From: Candidatus Contubernalis alkaliaceticus
GTDB lineage: Bacteria; Bacillota; Dethiobacteria; SKNC01
Direction: 5' to 3'
Assembly: GCF_022558445.1 (NCBI RefSeq)
Contig: NZ_CP054699.1
Span: forward strand, 2,154,004-2,178,003
Length of the DNA: 24,000 nt
The notes under the pieces were generated by a model. The model made no database searches, had not been told where the DNA came from, and was given only the letters and a program-made list of their open reading frames with translations. The position numbers and the translations under genes were made by a program. Positions within the stretch are counted from its first letter, which is position 1. Each line of letters starts with the position of its first letter. Below, piece after piece: positions 1 to 7,604 of the stretch.

Positions 1-38
1 ATCAACGCAATATTTTTAATATACAATTCCGTAAGCAT
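1..38 (-). CDS. recN: DNA repair protein RecN, N-terminal 12 codons only (runs off the window)
   Basis: The minus strand reads ATG CTT ACG GAA TTG TAT ATT AAA AAT ATT GCG TTG = MLTELYIKNIAL. This matches the conserved RecN N-terminus (ML-EL-I-NFA-I). It is preceded by AAGGGTGG plus 4 nt. Position downstream of nadK fits the usual Firmicute synteny. Only 12 residues are visible. Confidence 0.5.
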   Translation of the reverse strand, partial: MLTELYIKNIAL

Positions 39-56
39 AAAACCACCCTTTATTAT

Positions 57-908
57 TTATCTCTCTCTAAGCTTCCGATGTAGAAGAGCATAAAAATTTA
101 CGTCGGTGAGTTTAACCAGTTTTGTATAGTAATCTGCTTTTTTTACTATTATTTCATCATCATTTTTTAATTGAAACCCCTGCTGACCATCAACAGTCAG
201 AACTACTTCTGCCTGCTGGGTATAAGCTTTGATACGGACCTTTTCATTCTCGGCTATAATCACCGAACGATGATGCATCATGTGTGGACATATGGGAGTC
301 ACCACCAAAAGGTTTAGCGCCGGATTAACAATAGGGCCCCCCGCAGATAGTGAATAACCGGTTGAACCGGTAGGGCTGGCAATAATTACCCCATCTCCCG
401 GATAAGCCTCCAAAAGATGATTATTGATATAAGTCTTCAATTTTATAGTTCGGGAAAAAGGCCCTTTAGATATAACTATATCATTTAGAGCATAAAAAGA
501 AGCTTCCACCTGACTGTTTCGAATTACTTCCGCATACAGCATCATTCTATCCTGAACTACAAACTGATTACTTACAATTTTCTCCATGGAAGACTCCAGG
601 TCTGATACTTCCACTTCAGCTAAAAATCCCACATGTCCAAGATTAATTCCCAAAATTGGTATATTGGTTCCAACAACTTTTCTGGCTGCCGCTAAAATGG
701 TTCCATCTCCCCCCAGCACCAACAGCAGATCTACCATTTCAGGAATCCGGTGAACCGGATAACCCAGTTCAGGAAGGCCCAGAAGGCTTGCACATTCTAC
801 TGTAAAAAATACCTGCAGATCATGTTCCCGGCAGAGAGTTAGAATTCTTTCTGCTGTTGCCAGTGTCTCTTCTTTTTGAAGATTTGTTATTATACCAACA
901 GCCTTCAT
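57..908 (-). CDS. nadK: NAD+ kinase
   Basis: 283-aa ORF with the GGDGT motif (VLGGDGTILAAARK), the NDIVISKG segment and the ASPTGSTGYSLSAGGPI motif typical of NadK/PpnK. GGAGG SD upstream of the ATG. Confidence 0.92.
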   Translation of the reverse strand: MKAVGIITNLQKEETLATAERILTLCREHDLQVFFTVECASLLGLPELGYPVHRIPEMVDLLLVLGGDGTILAAARKVVGTNIPILGINLGHVGFLAEVEVSDLESSMEKIVSNQFVVQDRMMLYAEVIRNSQVEASFYALNDIVISKGPFSRTIKLKTYINNHLLEAYPGDGVIIASPTGSTGYSLSAGGPIVNPALNLLVVTPICPHMMHHRSVIIAENEKVRIKAYTQQAEVVLTVDGQQGFQLKNDDEIIVKKADYYTKLVKLTDVNFYALLHRKLRER

Positions 909-947
909 TAGTTAAACCTCCTATCTCTTCCCTCATTATTTCCTTAT

Positions 948-1742
948 TTATAATTCTTCTACAGCCCTGCTCACCGTGGTTTCAATTAAAGAAATTAGGT
1001 CAGGGTTGTCCATAGGGTGGTTTTCAATCTCAAATAGAGCCAGGTATTCAATATTGCCCTGGGGACCTTTAATGGGAGAGAAGGTCAGTGCTGTTAGAGT
1101 ATAGCCCTGTTGTTTTGCCTGGTTCAACACAGTACCAATCACTTCCCGATGCACTTTAGGATCCTTAACTACTCCCTTTCTCCCCACTTTATCTTTTCCT
1201 GCTTCAAACTGAGGTTTGATTAAAGCAATTATTTTTTTTGTGCCGGTCCGGCGCAGTATGGGAAATATGTGTTTCAAAGATATAAAAGCCACATCCACTG
1301 TGGCTATTTCCGGTATATCCTGAATAGTATCAGGATTTAAGTAACGGATATTTGTCCTTTCAATATTTACCACCCGGGGGTCATTTCTAAGAGACCAGGC
1401 TAACTGCCCATACCCAACGTCTACGGCATATACTTTTTCAGCACCATCTTTCAGCGCACAGTGAGTAAAACCTCCGGTAGAAGCACCCACATCTATAACA
1501 ATCTTTCCAGTTAGGGAGACCTGAAACTCTTTCAACGCTTTCTCAAGTTTTAACCCTCCCCGGCTCACATAGGGAATATCTTGCTGGACCTCTATTCTTG
1601 ACGAAGGATCCACCGGGCATCCTGCCTTGTCCACCCGCTTCCCGTCAACAAATACTTTTCCCATCATAATTAATGCTTTAGCCCGGGAACGGCTGGAACA
1701 GTAACCCTTGGCAACCATCAGATTATCCAGTCGCTCTTTCAT
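948..1742 (-). CDS. tlyA: TlyA-family 16S/23S rRNA (cytidine-2'-O)-methyltransferase (hemolysin A-like)
   Basis: 264 aa. N-terminal S4-like RNA-binding segment (RLDNLMV..GYCSSRSRAKALI..G.V.V.G) followed by an FtsJ-type SAM motif (VIDVGASTGGFT). Located dxs-tlyA-nadK as in other Firmicutes. Confidence 0.9.
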   Translation of the reverse strand: MKERLDNLMVAKGYCSSRSRAKALIMMGKVFVDGKRVDKAGCPVDPSSRIEVQQDIPYVSRGGLKLEKALKEFQVSLTGKIVIDVGASTGGFTHCALKDGAEKVYAVDVGYGQLAWSLRNDPRVVNIERTNIRYLNPDTIQDIPEIATVDVAFISLKHIFPILRRTGTKKIIALIKPQFEAGKDKVGRKGVVKDPKVHREVIGTVLNQAKQQGYTLTALTFSPIKGPQGNIEYLALFEIENHPMDNPDLISLIETTVSRAVEEL

Positions 1743-1752
1743 TAGTGAATTA

Positions 1753-3660
1753 TCATCCTCTTACTGGTTTAATTTTTTTAATATCTGTAGTTCTAACCAT
1801 AGCCAATGCCTGTTGAACTACATTTTCGACGCTTAACCCACATTTTTCCAGTAGATAATCCCGTTTACCTTGTTCCACAAAATGGTCACAAATACCTAAT
1901 CTTTTCACCTCTAAATGAGCCATATCTGATGAGTCCAATAATTCAAGCACAGCACTGCCAAATCCACCCTGCAGCGTGTTATCTTCCATAGTAATTATTT
2001 TTTTACATTTATGAGCTATACTTAGTAGAAGATGATCATCTATGGGTTTTACAAACCTGGCGTTGACCAGAGTTGTTTTTAAACCGTACGTTTTCAATTC
2101 TTCAACAGCTTTACGGGCAATTGGAACCATCGCCCCCAGAGCAAAAATTGCCAGGTCTGAACCCTTTTCCAAAATTTCTGATTTACCCATTTCAATTATA
2201 TCAAAATCAAAGCCTATAGGGACTCCCACCCCATGACCCCGGGGGAACCTTATAGCCACAGGGCCATCATACTGGATGGCTGTAAATAACATGTTCTGAA
2301 GTTCTCTTTCGTCTTTAGGAGCCATGACTACCATATTAGGGATATGCCGCAAAAAGCATAGATCAAAGGTGCCCTGATGGGTTTCCCCATCTTCCCCCAC
2401 AATTCCTGCTCTATCCACAGCCAAAATCACCGGTAGTTTTTGCAAACAAATATCGTGGACAACCTGATCATAGCCCCTCTGTAGAAAGGTTGAATAAATA
2501 GCAACCACAGGCTTAAAACCCTCCTTGGCCATTCCAGCACTGAAAGTAAGGGCGTGCTGTTCGGCAATCCCTACATCAAAAAACCGGTCAGAATATTTAA
2601 ATCCAAATTTGTCCAGGCCGGTACCTGAGGGCATAGCTGCCGTTACTCCTATTATGCGTTTATCTTTTTCGGCCAATTTAATCAAAGTTTGGCTGAAAAC
2701 TTCTGTATACGTAGGGATTTTAGAATTTTTTACCGTATCTCCATTTTTTATATTGAAAGGACCTATCCCGTGAAATTTATCAGGATTCTTTTCAGCGATT
2801 TTAAATCCTTTTCCCTTTTTAGTTAAAGCATGGATAAGAACGGGCCCTTTTAATTTTTTTGCACTCATAAACACCTGCCTGAGATGATTTATATTATGTC
2901 CATCTATGGGCCCAAGATAAGTAAATCCCAGTTCTTCAAACAACATACCTGGAACCAGCAGGTATTTCAAAGTATCTTTCACTCTGCCTAAAGACTTGTA
3001 AACCGCATCCCCTATGGCTGGTATTTTTCGCGTCAAAACTTCTACGTCTTCTTTGATTCTAGAATAAGTGGGGTCTGTCCTGATCCTGCTTAAGTAAGCA
3101 GATAAACCACCTACATTTTTTGAAATGGACATTTCATTATCATTTAAAACTACTAATAAATTAGTTTTGGTATGAGAGGCATGATTTAGAGCTTCAAAAG
3201 CCATTCCTCCAGTAAGAGCCCCATCTCCAATTACAGCAATTACATGATGTTCCTCTTTCTTTAAATCCCTGGCCATAGCCATCCCCAAAGCTGCAGAAAC
3301 TGAGGTGCTGCTGTGACCGGTTTGAAATACGTCGTGTGGACTCTCTGAGCACTTAGGAAATCCACTTAAGCCGCCGTGACACCGAAGTGTTGAAAAACAA
3401 TCTTTTCTTCCGGTAAGAAGCTTATGTACGTAAGACTGATGCCCTACATCCCAAATGATTTTGTCCCGGGGGCTTTCAAAAACACTGTGTAAAGCTATAG
3501 TTAATTCTACGACTCCCAAGTTGGCTGCTAAATGTCCTCCATTTAACGAAACCGTAGTAGTTAGAGTTTCCCTAATTTCTTTAGAAAGTTGACTTAAACT
3601 TTCAGATGTTAATTTTTTTAAATCTAAGGGACTTTTAATTTCCTCAATAACTCCGGACAT
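1753..3660 (-). CDS. dxs: 1-deoxy-D-xylulose-5-phosphate synthase
   Basis: 635 aa. Contains GGHLAANLGVVELT, DVGHQSYVHK, GHSSTS, the ThDP motif IGDGALTGGMAFEALN...NDN and the transketolase-like C-terminal half (IAEQHA..). Confidence 0.96.
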   Translation of the reverse strand: MSGVIEEIKSPLDLKKLTSESLSQLSKEIRETLTTTVSLNGGHLAANLGVVELTIALHSVFESPRDKIIWDVGHQSYVHKLLTGRKDCFSTLRCHGGLSGFPKCSESPHDVFQTGHSSTSVSAALGMAMARDLKKEEHHVIAVIGDGALTGGMAFEALNHASHTKTNLLVVLNDNEMSISKNVGGLSAYLSRIRTDPTYSRIKEDVEVLTRKIPAIGDAVYKSLGRVKDTLKYLLVPGMLFEELGFTYLGPIDGHNINHLRQVFMSAKKLKGPVLIHALTKKGKGFKIAEKNPDKFHGIGPFNIKNGDTVKNSKIPTYTEVFSQTLIKLAEKDKRIIGVTAAMPSGTGLDKFGFKYSDRFFDVGIAEQHALTFSAGMAKEGFKPVVAIYSTFLQRGYDQVVHDICLQKLPVILAVDRAGIVGEDGETHQGTFDLCFLRHIPNMVVMAPKDERELQNMLFTAIQYDGPVAIRFPRGHGVGVPIGFDFDIIEMGKSEILEKGSDLAIFALGAMVPIARKAVEELKTYGLKTTLVNARFVKPIDDHLLLSIAHKCKKIITMEDNTLQGGFGSAVLELLDSSDMAHLEVKRLGICDHFVEQGKRDYLLEKCGLSVENVVQQALAMVRTTDIKKIKPVRG

Positions 3661-3669
3661 TTAACGCTC

Positions 3670-4269
3670 TCACTTTCTCTTTTTGTTTGATTTATTATTC
3701 CAAGGGATAATTCCCGGAATAAATTGATCCAGGCGAGTTAGAATCAAGCTGATCATAAAAATTATAGAATTTGCTCTTTCCAGGGCAATTATTTTTCCCA
3801 CCGCCTTACCTCCCACCGTCAAGGAAGCGATAAAGCCGGTCATAACCACACTGAACAGCGCTCTGTCAATACCCGGTTGTTCTGACACAAAACGAACCAC
3901 CAGAGCAGCTCCAATTACACCACTGACAATTCCACTAATATCACCTACTACATCGTTACAGAAATTAGCTACCTGATCTGCATTTCTTACCAAATATATG
4001 GCCCTTTTGGCACCAGAAACTTTTTTTGCAGCCTTAGCATGAAAAGGAGTCTCGTCGGCTGCTGTCGCAGCAATTCCAATGGTATCAAATATAATCCCAA
4101 TAATCACAACCAGCAACAAAATTATAAAAGAAATTATTAGTGATTGTATATTTTCTAACAAAAACTCAGAAGCTATACCTATAAGTACTGCTAAAATAAA
4201 AGTCCCTAAAGAAACGACTAAAACCCATTTTAGACGGGGACGCAAAAAATTATAATCATTATCTGACAA
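3670..4269 (-). CDS. oapA: Small polytopic membrane protein, proposed OLE-associated protein A (OapA)
   Basis: 199 aa with at least four hydrophobic helices (WVLVVSLGTFILAVLIGIA; LIISFIILLLVVIIGIIFDTIGIAA; ISGIVSGVIGAALVV; LFSVVMTGFIASLTVGG). TTG start with AAGGGTGA SD. It lies immediately 3' of the ~600-nt non-coding segment and 5' of dxs, which is the position of oapA in OLE loci. No diagnostic OapA residues could be checked from memory. Confidence 0.65.
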   Translation of the reverse strand: MSDNDYNFLRPRLKWVLVVSLGTFILAVLIGIASEFLLENIQSLIISFIILLLVVIIGIIFDTIGIAATAADETPFHAKAAKKVSGAKRAIYLVRNADQVANFCNDVVGDISGIVSGVIGAALVVRFVSEQPGIDRALFSVVMTGFIASLTVGGKAVGKIIALERANSIIFMISLILTRLDQFIPGIIPWNNKSNKKRK

Positions 4270-4284
4270 AAGATCACCCTTTTA

Positions 4285-4892
4285 AACAAAAAAAATAGAC
4301 TTAAGCTTATACAAAGTTATGCGTAGACAGTAGTCCAAAGAGTAAACGTTGCGGCTTAGGTCCAGCAGGTTTTCCCCAGTAATTACCAAATCGTTGCCGT
4401 ATTGGCGGTTACCCTTTAAAATTACTTCTACCGTGTCGCCACCGATAGGACTGGATTGCCACTTAGTCCGCACTTTAATCCCCTTTGGACCTCTCTAGAT
4501 GAGAACAGTCTAGGAGTTTTCCTCAATAATTCACCCTATCCTCTAGCCTCTTTTGCAGGGATGGTTTCGAGAAGGATGATTCTCTCCCTCCATCACCACT
4601 CAAGGCAGGCTACACTGTACACAGCTTTGGACCGCATACAGGTTCTATCCCAACCAGTAATCATTTACTTATTAGGTAATTCACCACCAAATTGGGTCTC
4701 CACGGAACCAGGGTCAACGCCTACATGCCATTGTAGATCGCCCCGATTCCTTAACCCTCAGCACCAACCCCTGACTGGGCGTCAAGAGCCAGCACCAAGA
4801 ACTTCATCGTTGTGCCCTCAGCGGATTTTTAGCCCCGCCTTCAAAGATAGGGGTATTAACTAGAATACTGCACCACCTACGCTTATTTAACT
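4285..4892 (-). ncRNA. ole: Large structured non-coding RNA, best explained as OLE (ornate, large, extremophilic) RNA
   Basis: About 690-bp gap between ispA and the membrane-protein gene with no credible CDS. Sampled 60-nt lines are ~50-60% G+C, versus ~25% in the neighbouring CDS, and the minus strand is G-rich. It has a dedicated sigma-A promoter. Short local stems and long-range complementary 7-8-mers are visible. The ispA-[RNA]-4TM protein-dxs-tlyA-nadK-recN context is the known OLE locus. Ends are approximate: the 5' end is inferred from the promoter, and the 3' end is placed before the downstream SD. Confidence 0.7.
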
Positions 4893-4897
4893 CCTAA

Positions 4898-4926
4898 AGT
4901 ATAGCATATTTTTCAAGCTGTAACAA
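4898..4926 (-). promoter_or_regulatory. Sigma-A type promoter driving the non-coding RNA (and probably the downstream membrane gene/dxs)
   Basis: Minus strand: -35 TTGTTA (4926-4921), 17-nt spacer, extended -10 TGcTATACT (4906-4898). Predicted start is near 4891-4892. Confidence 0.6.
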
Positions 4927-4961
4927 CTTGAACTACACCCCTTAGTGAACCTTTTTTTCCT

Positions 4962-5843
4962 CTAATAATCCCTGTTAACTAAAAAATGGGCCAGGATTTT
5001 AAGCACTTCTCCTCTAGCTTCAAAAACCTCCACGGCTCTCAGGGATTCATTATATAATTCCTTAACTTTTTCCTTGGCTGCACTTAATCCGTGTATCCCC
5101 GGATAAGTAGCCTTTTCTTTCCAAGTATCCATCCCGGTCTTCTTCCCAAGCTTTTCCTCTTCTCCCTCGATATCTAAAATATCATCAATGATTTGAAAGG
5201 CCAGTCCCAAGCATTCACCATACCGTGTAAGCCTCTCCAACTCAGCCTCTGCTGCACCTGCGATTATTCCACCCACCCTGACTGATGCATTAATCAGTGC
5301 TCCGGTTTTTTTTCTGTGAATGTAATCCAGCGTTTCAGCTCCAACAGGTCTACCTTCGGATTTCAGGTCAACCACCTGTCCTCCAATCATACCTCTGGTT
5401 CCCGAGGCAAAAGCAATTTCTTGAATTACCTTTAAAGTTACTTGAGGATCAATAACAGAATCCCAAGACAAGACATCAAAAGCCATAGTAAGCAGAGCAT
5501 CTCCAGCCAGGACTGCCATGGCTTCACCATAAACCTTATGATTGGTAAGCTTACCCCGGCGATATTCATCATCATCCATAGCCGGAAGATCATCATGGAT
5601 TAGGGAATAGCAGTGTATCATCTCCAATGCACAGGCCGCCGGTAAAAACAGAGACAAATCCTGATGGTAAACATCTCCCACCGCCAGAGTTAAAATAGGC
5701 CTTAACCTTTTACCTCCCGCAAAAATACTGTATCTAATACTGTCATGAATAATATCAGGATAGGTTTTCTTTGGAGGTAGAAACCTGTCCAACGCGTCAT
5801 CCACCAACTCTTTTCTTTGCTTCAGGTATAGTTCTATCTCCAT
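4962..5843 (-). CDS. ispA: (2E,6E)-farnesyl/geranylgeranyl diphosphate synthase
   Basis: Both aspartate-rich motifs of trans-prenyltransferases are present (LIHDDLPAMDDDEYRRG and FQIIDDILD). The ORF track starts at 5855, but the GGAGG SD sits 5 nt before the second ATG (MEIELY...), so the start is taken as 5843. Confidence 0.9.
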   Translation of the reverse strand: MEIELYLKQRKELVDDALDRFLPPKKTYPDIIHDSIRYSIFAGGKRLRPILTLAVGDVYHQDLSLFLPAACALEMIHCYSLIHDDLPAMDDDEYRRGKLTNHKVYGEAMAVLAGDALLTMAFDVLSWDSVIDPQVTLKVIQEIAFASGTRGMIGGQVVDLKSEGRPVGAETLDYIHRKKTGALINASVRVGGIIAGAAEAELERLTRYGECLGLAFQIIDDILDIEGEEEKLGKKTGMDTWKEKATYPGIHGLSAAKEKVKELYNESLRAVEVFEARGEVLKILAHFLVNRDY

Positions 5844-5874
5844 AAAAACCTCCATACTTACCGGTAATCAGTTT

Positions 5875-5958
5875 GACAGGGGACAGTGGACAGTAAATAG
5901 TCAAACATCATCGATCTGCCGATATATGTATCTGTCCCCGTGACCAACTGTCCCCTGT
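5875..5958. repeat. Palindromic intergenic repeat (copy 1 of the GACAG/ACAGTTGG family)
   Basis: ACAGGGGACAGT (5876-5887) is perfectly complementary to ACTGTCCCCTGT (5947-5958). An inner GGACAG (5888-5893) is complementary to CTGTCC (5932-5937). It shares the string ATCTGTC..(C)AACTGTCCCCTG with the copy at 14521-14540. Confidence 0.7.
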
Positions 5959-6016
5959 AAAGGGAAAGGCCCCCCATATAATACAGGAGACCTTTAATAA
6001 CTACATTATAAACTTC

Positions 6017-6874
6017 TTACGCGTTTTGTGCTTCACAGCCCATAATAGTATGTTTGCAAAGAACGATAGTGGTTACGGAACCAACTCCACCGGGAACCGG
6101 AGAAATCTGCTCTACAATACCTTCTACGGCAGCAGTGTTAACGTCTCCACAGTATTTGCCGGGGTTATCAGGATCTTCGTTGATACCCACATCAACCACG
6201 ATTTGGCCGGGTTTTACGTATTTTTCATCAACCATCTTGGCTCTTCCCACAGCAGCAATCAAAATATCCGCATCAGCACAAACGGCGGGCAGATTGTCAG
6301 TTCTCGAATGACAGATGGTAACGGTAGCATTTTCCCGAAGCAAAAGCATTGCTACAGGCTTTCCAACAACCATGGAACGACCAAGGACAACAGCTTTTTT
6401 ACCACTTAAAGGAACGTTATAAAACTTTAACAGATCCATGCAGGCGGTAGGTGTGCAAGGAGGAAATCCGGAAACGTCATCAGAGAATACCTTGCCGGCG
6501 CCTGCCTGGGTCATGCAGTCAACATCTTTTTCTACGGGAATTAAAGAACGGATTTTCGCCTCATCCAACTGCTTGGGCAGAGGGGAGAACATAAGAATGC
6601 CGTTAATTTCTTTGTTGTTGGCAACATCAGTCATACCTTTTTCAAAAGTGGCTTGATCAACATCCTCAGGGTATGCAAAAACTTCAACTTCAACGCCAAT
6701 GGCACCTAAGGTCTTTGTAGCACCCTTCTCATAGTACAGATCATCGGGGCGACCACCGGCTCTTACGATGCCCAGCTTAGGAGTAAGCCCCTTAGCTTTT
6801 AAATCTTCAACCCTTTTGGTCAGTTCTTCCTTCATTGCATCAGCAACGGCTTTACCTTTTAATCTTTCGGCCAT
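6017..6874 (-). CDS. FolD-family methylenetetrahydrofolate dehydrogenase, divergent paralog (probably dehydrogenase only)
   Basis: 285 aa with the FolD fold signatures ([40 protein letters not shown]). The cyclohydrolase positions are substituted when aligned by eye to E. coli FolD: YxxxK reads YEKGA (Lys to Ala) and GILVQLPLP reads GILMFSPLP (Gln to Phe). Confidence 0.85.
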   Translation of the reverse strand: MAERLKGKAVADAMKEELTKRVEDLKAKGLTPKLGIVRAGGRPDDLYYEKGATKTLGAIGVEVEVFAYPEDVDQATFEKGMTDVANNKEINGILMFSPLPKQLDEAKIRSLIPVEKDVDCMTQAGAGKVFSDDVSGFPPCTPTACMDLLKFYNVPLSGKKAVVLGRSMVVGKPVAMLLLRENATVTICHSRTDNLPAVCADADILIAAVGRAKMVDEKYVKPGQIVVDVGINEDPDNPGKYCGDVNTAAVEGIVEQISPVPGGVGSVTTIVLCKHTIMGCEAQNA

Positions 6875-6894
6875 ATTATATAATACCTCCTTAA

Positions 6895-7530
6895 TTATTT
6901 TGTAAGCTTATCAATAACCAACTGCAGAGTTTCATCAGCAACCCTGTTGCCATCTTCCAAAAGCCTTTTCATCTCTTCTGAGGTGTTCTTCACGTACTCC
7001 TCATCTTTAATGGAATTTACATTGATCAATACGTTCTGCATACCGGAAACTAAAGCTGCTTTTAAAAATACAACCCCGCATCCCACGTCGGAGATAGCCA
7101 ACTTAGATCCAATCTGGCCCATTCTCTCATGAATCTTAATCCCTTCATAAGACTTCCGCATGATATCCATGGGAACTGTACAGGCTAACTTGGAACATTC
7201 TTCCATAGTATCTGCTTTGAATTTCTTCTGCTCGTCAGTTTCTGTGGGCAAACCGTAAGCCTTGGACAGAGGCTCAAATACTTCGGCGTCTTTATCTACC
7301 AGCACTATTAATTCTTCAAGGACCTTATAACCTTGAGCCAATAGTTCCTTAACTTCATCCTCAACATCAGCATATTTTTTCTTACCAACGGTCAAGTTGC
7401 CCACCATGTTAGACAAAGCCATCCCAATGGCACCGCCTAAAGCTGCTGCTCCACCACCGCCCGGCACAGGGGCTTTAGAAGACAATACGTCAAGAAAGTC
7501 AACACAAGTTCTATCTACCATTTTTGTCAT
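6895..7530 (-). CDS. fchA: Methenyltetrahydrofolate cyclohydrolase / formimino-THF cyclodeaminase family protein
   Basis: 211 aa. The N-terminal [35 protein letters not shown] motif is typical of the FTCD C-terminal/FchA family. Adjacent to a FolD-family dehydrogenase, as in clostridial C1 clusters. Confidence 0.85.
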   Translation of the reverse strand: MTKMVDRTCVDFLDVLSSKAPVPGGGGAAALGGAIGMALSNMVGNLTVGKKKYADVEDEVKELLAQGYKVLEELIVLVDKDAEVFEPLSKAYGLPTETDEQKKFKADTMEECSKLACTVPMDIMRKSYEGIKIHERMGQIGSKLAISDVGCGVVFLKAALVSGMQNVLINVNSIKDEEYVKNTSEEMKRLLEDGNRVADETLQLVIDKLTK

Positions 7531-7604
7531 TAATACGTTCCTCCCTTTACTTTAATAAATATATCTTTCTTAAATACACCAGGATTTAAATTAAAATCCT
7601 GGTC

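Noticed and set aside
4285-4330. Terminator at the 3' end of the non-coding RNA (T8 run at about 4293-4300 on the minus strand)
   Set aside because: The preceding stem is only a weak A/U-rich 4-bp pairing (ACUU/AAGU) around an AAGCTT palindrome. Read-through into the membrane-protein gene seems more likely, so no terminator is called.
4456-4863. 135-aa plus-strand ORF (and the overlapping 63-aa minus-strand ORF at 4282-4473) in the ispA-dxs gap
   Set aside because: There is no SD sequence, and the two ORFs overlap each other. The product (PLSPHFNPLW...PPNWVSTEPGSTPTCHCRSPRF) is a low-complexity Pro/Ser/Thr/Arg-rich readout of a C-rich strand. Every real gene in the window is on the minus strand. 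The region is better explained as a structured RNA.
57-5855. Missing argR between nadK and recN, missing xseA/xseB between folD and ispA, and missing accB/accC after spoIIIAH, considered as evidence of deletions or misassembly
   Set aside because: Gene order in this block varies among Clostridia. All junctions have normal SD and stop arrangements, and no gene fragments are visible. This is treated as lineage-specific synteny rather than an anomaly, apart from the folD2-fchA note.
5856-6016. Riboswitch or T-box leader upstream of ispA
   Set aside because: No specifier or T-box sequence, or known riboswitch core, is recognisable. The structure is explained by the palindromic repeat family that also occurs at 14467-14877.
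6026-6409. Plus-strand ORFs overlapping minus-strand genes (for example 1806-1991, 2042-2236, 2525-2773, 6026-6409, 6054-6311, 8248-8508, 8846-9118, 11031-11327, 11275-11619, 13644-13895, 18005-18292, 20262-20540, 22319-22534)
   Set aside because: Each lies antisense to a gene with strong family signatures and has no SD. Their compositions are low-complexity or stop-poor, as expected for shadow frames.
7578-7603. 10-bp hairpin (ACCAGGATTT/AAATCCTGGT) 1 nt after the folD stop, considered as an intrinsic terminator
   Set aside because: No U-tract follows it on the minus strand (GTATTTAAG). fchA follows 45 nt later with its own SD. It is more likely an intercistronic stabiliser, and is not called as a terminator.
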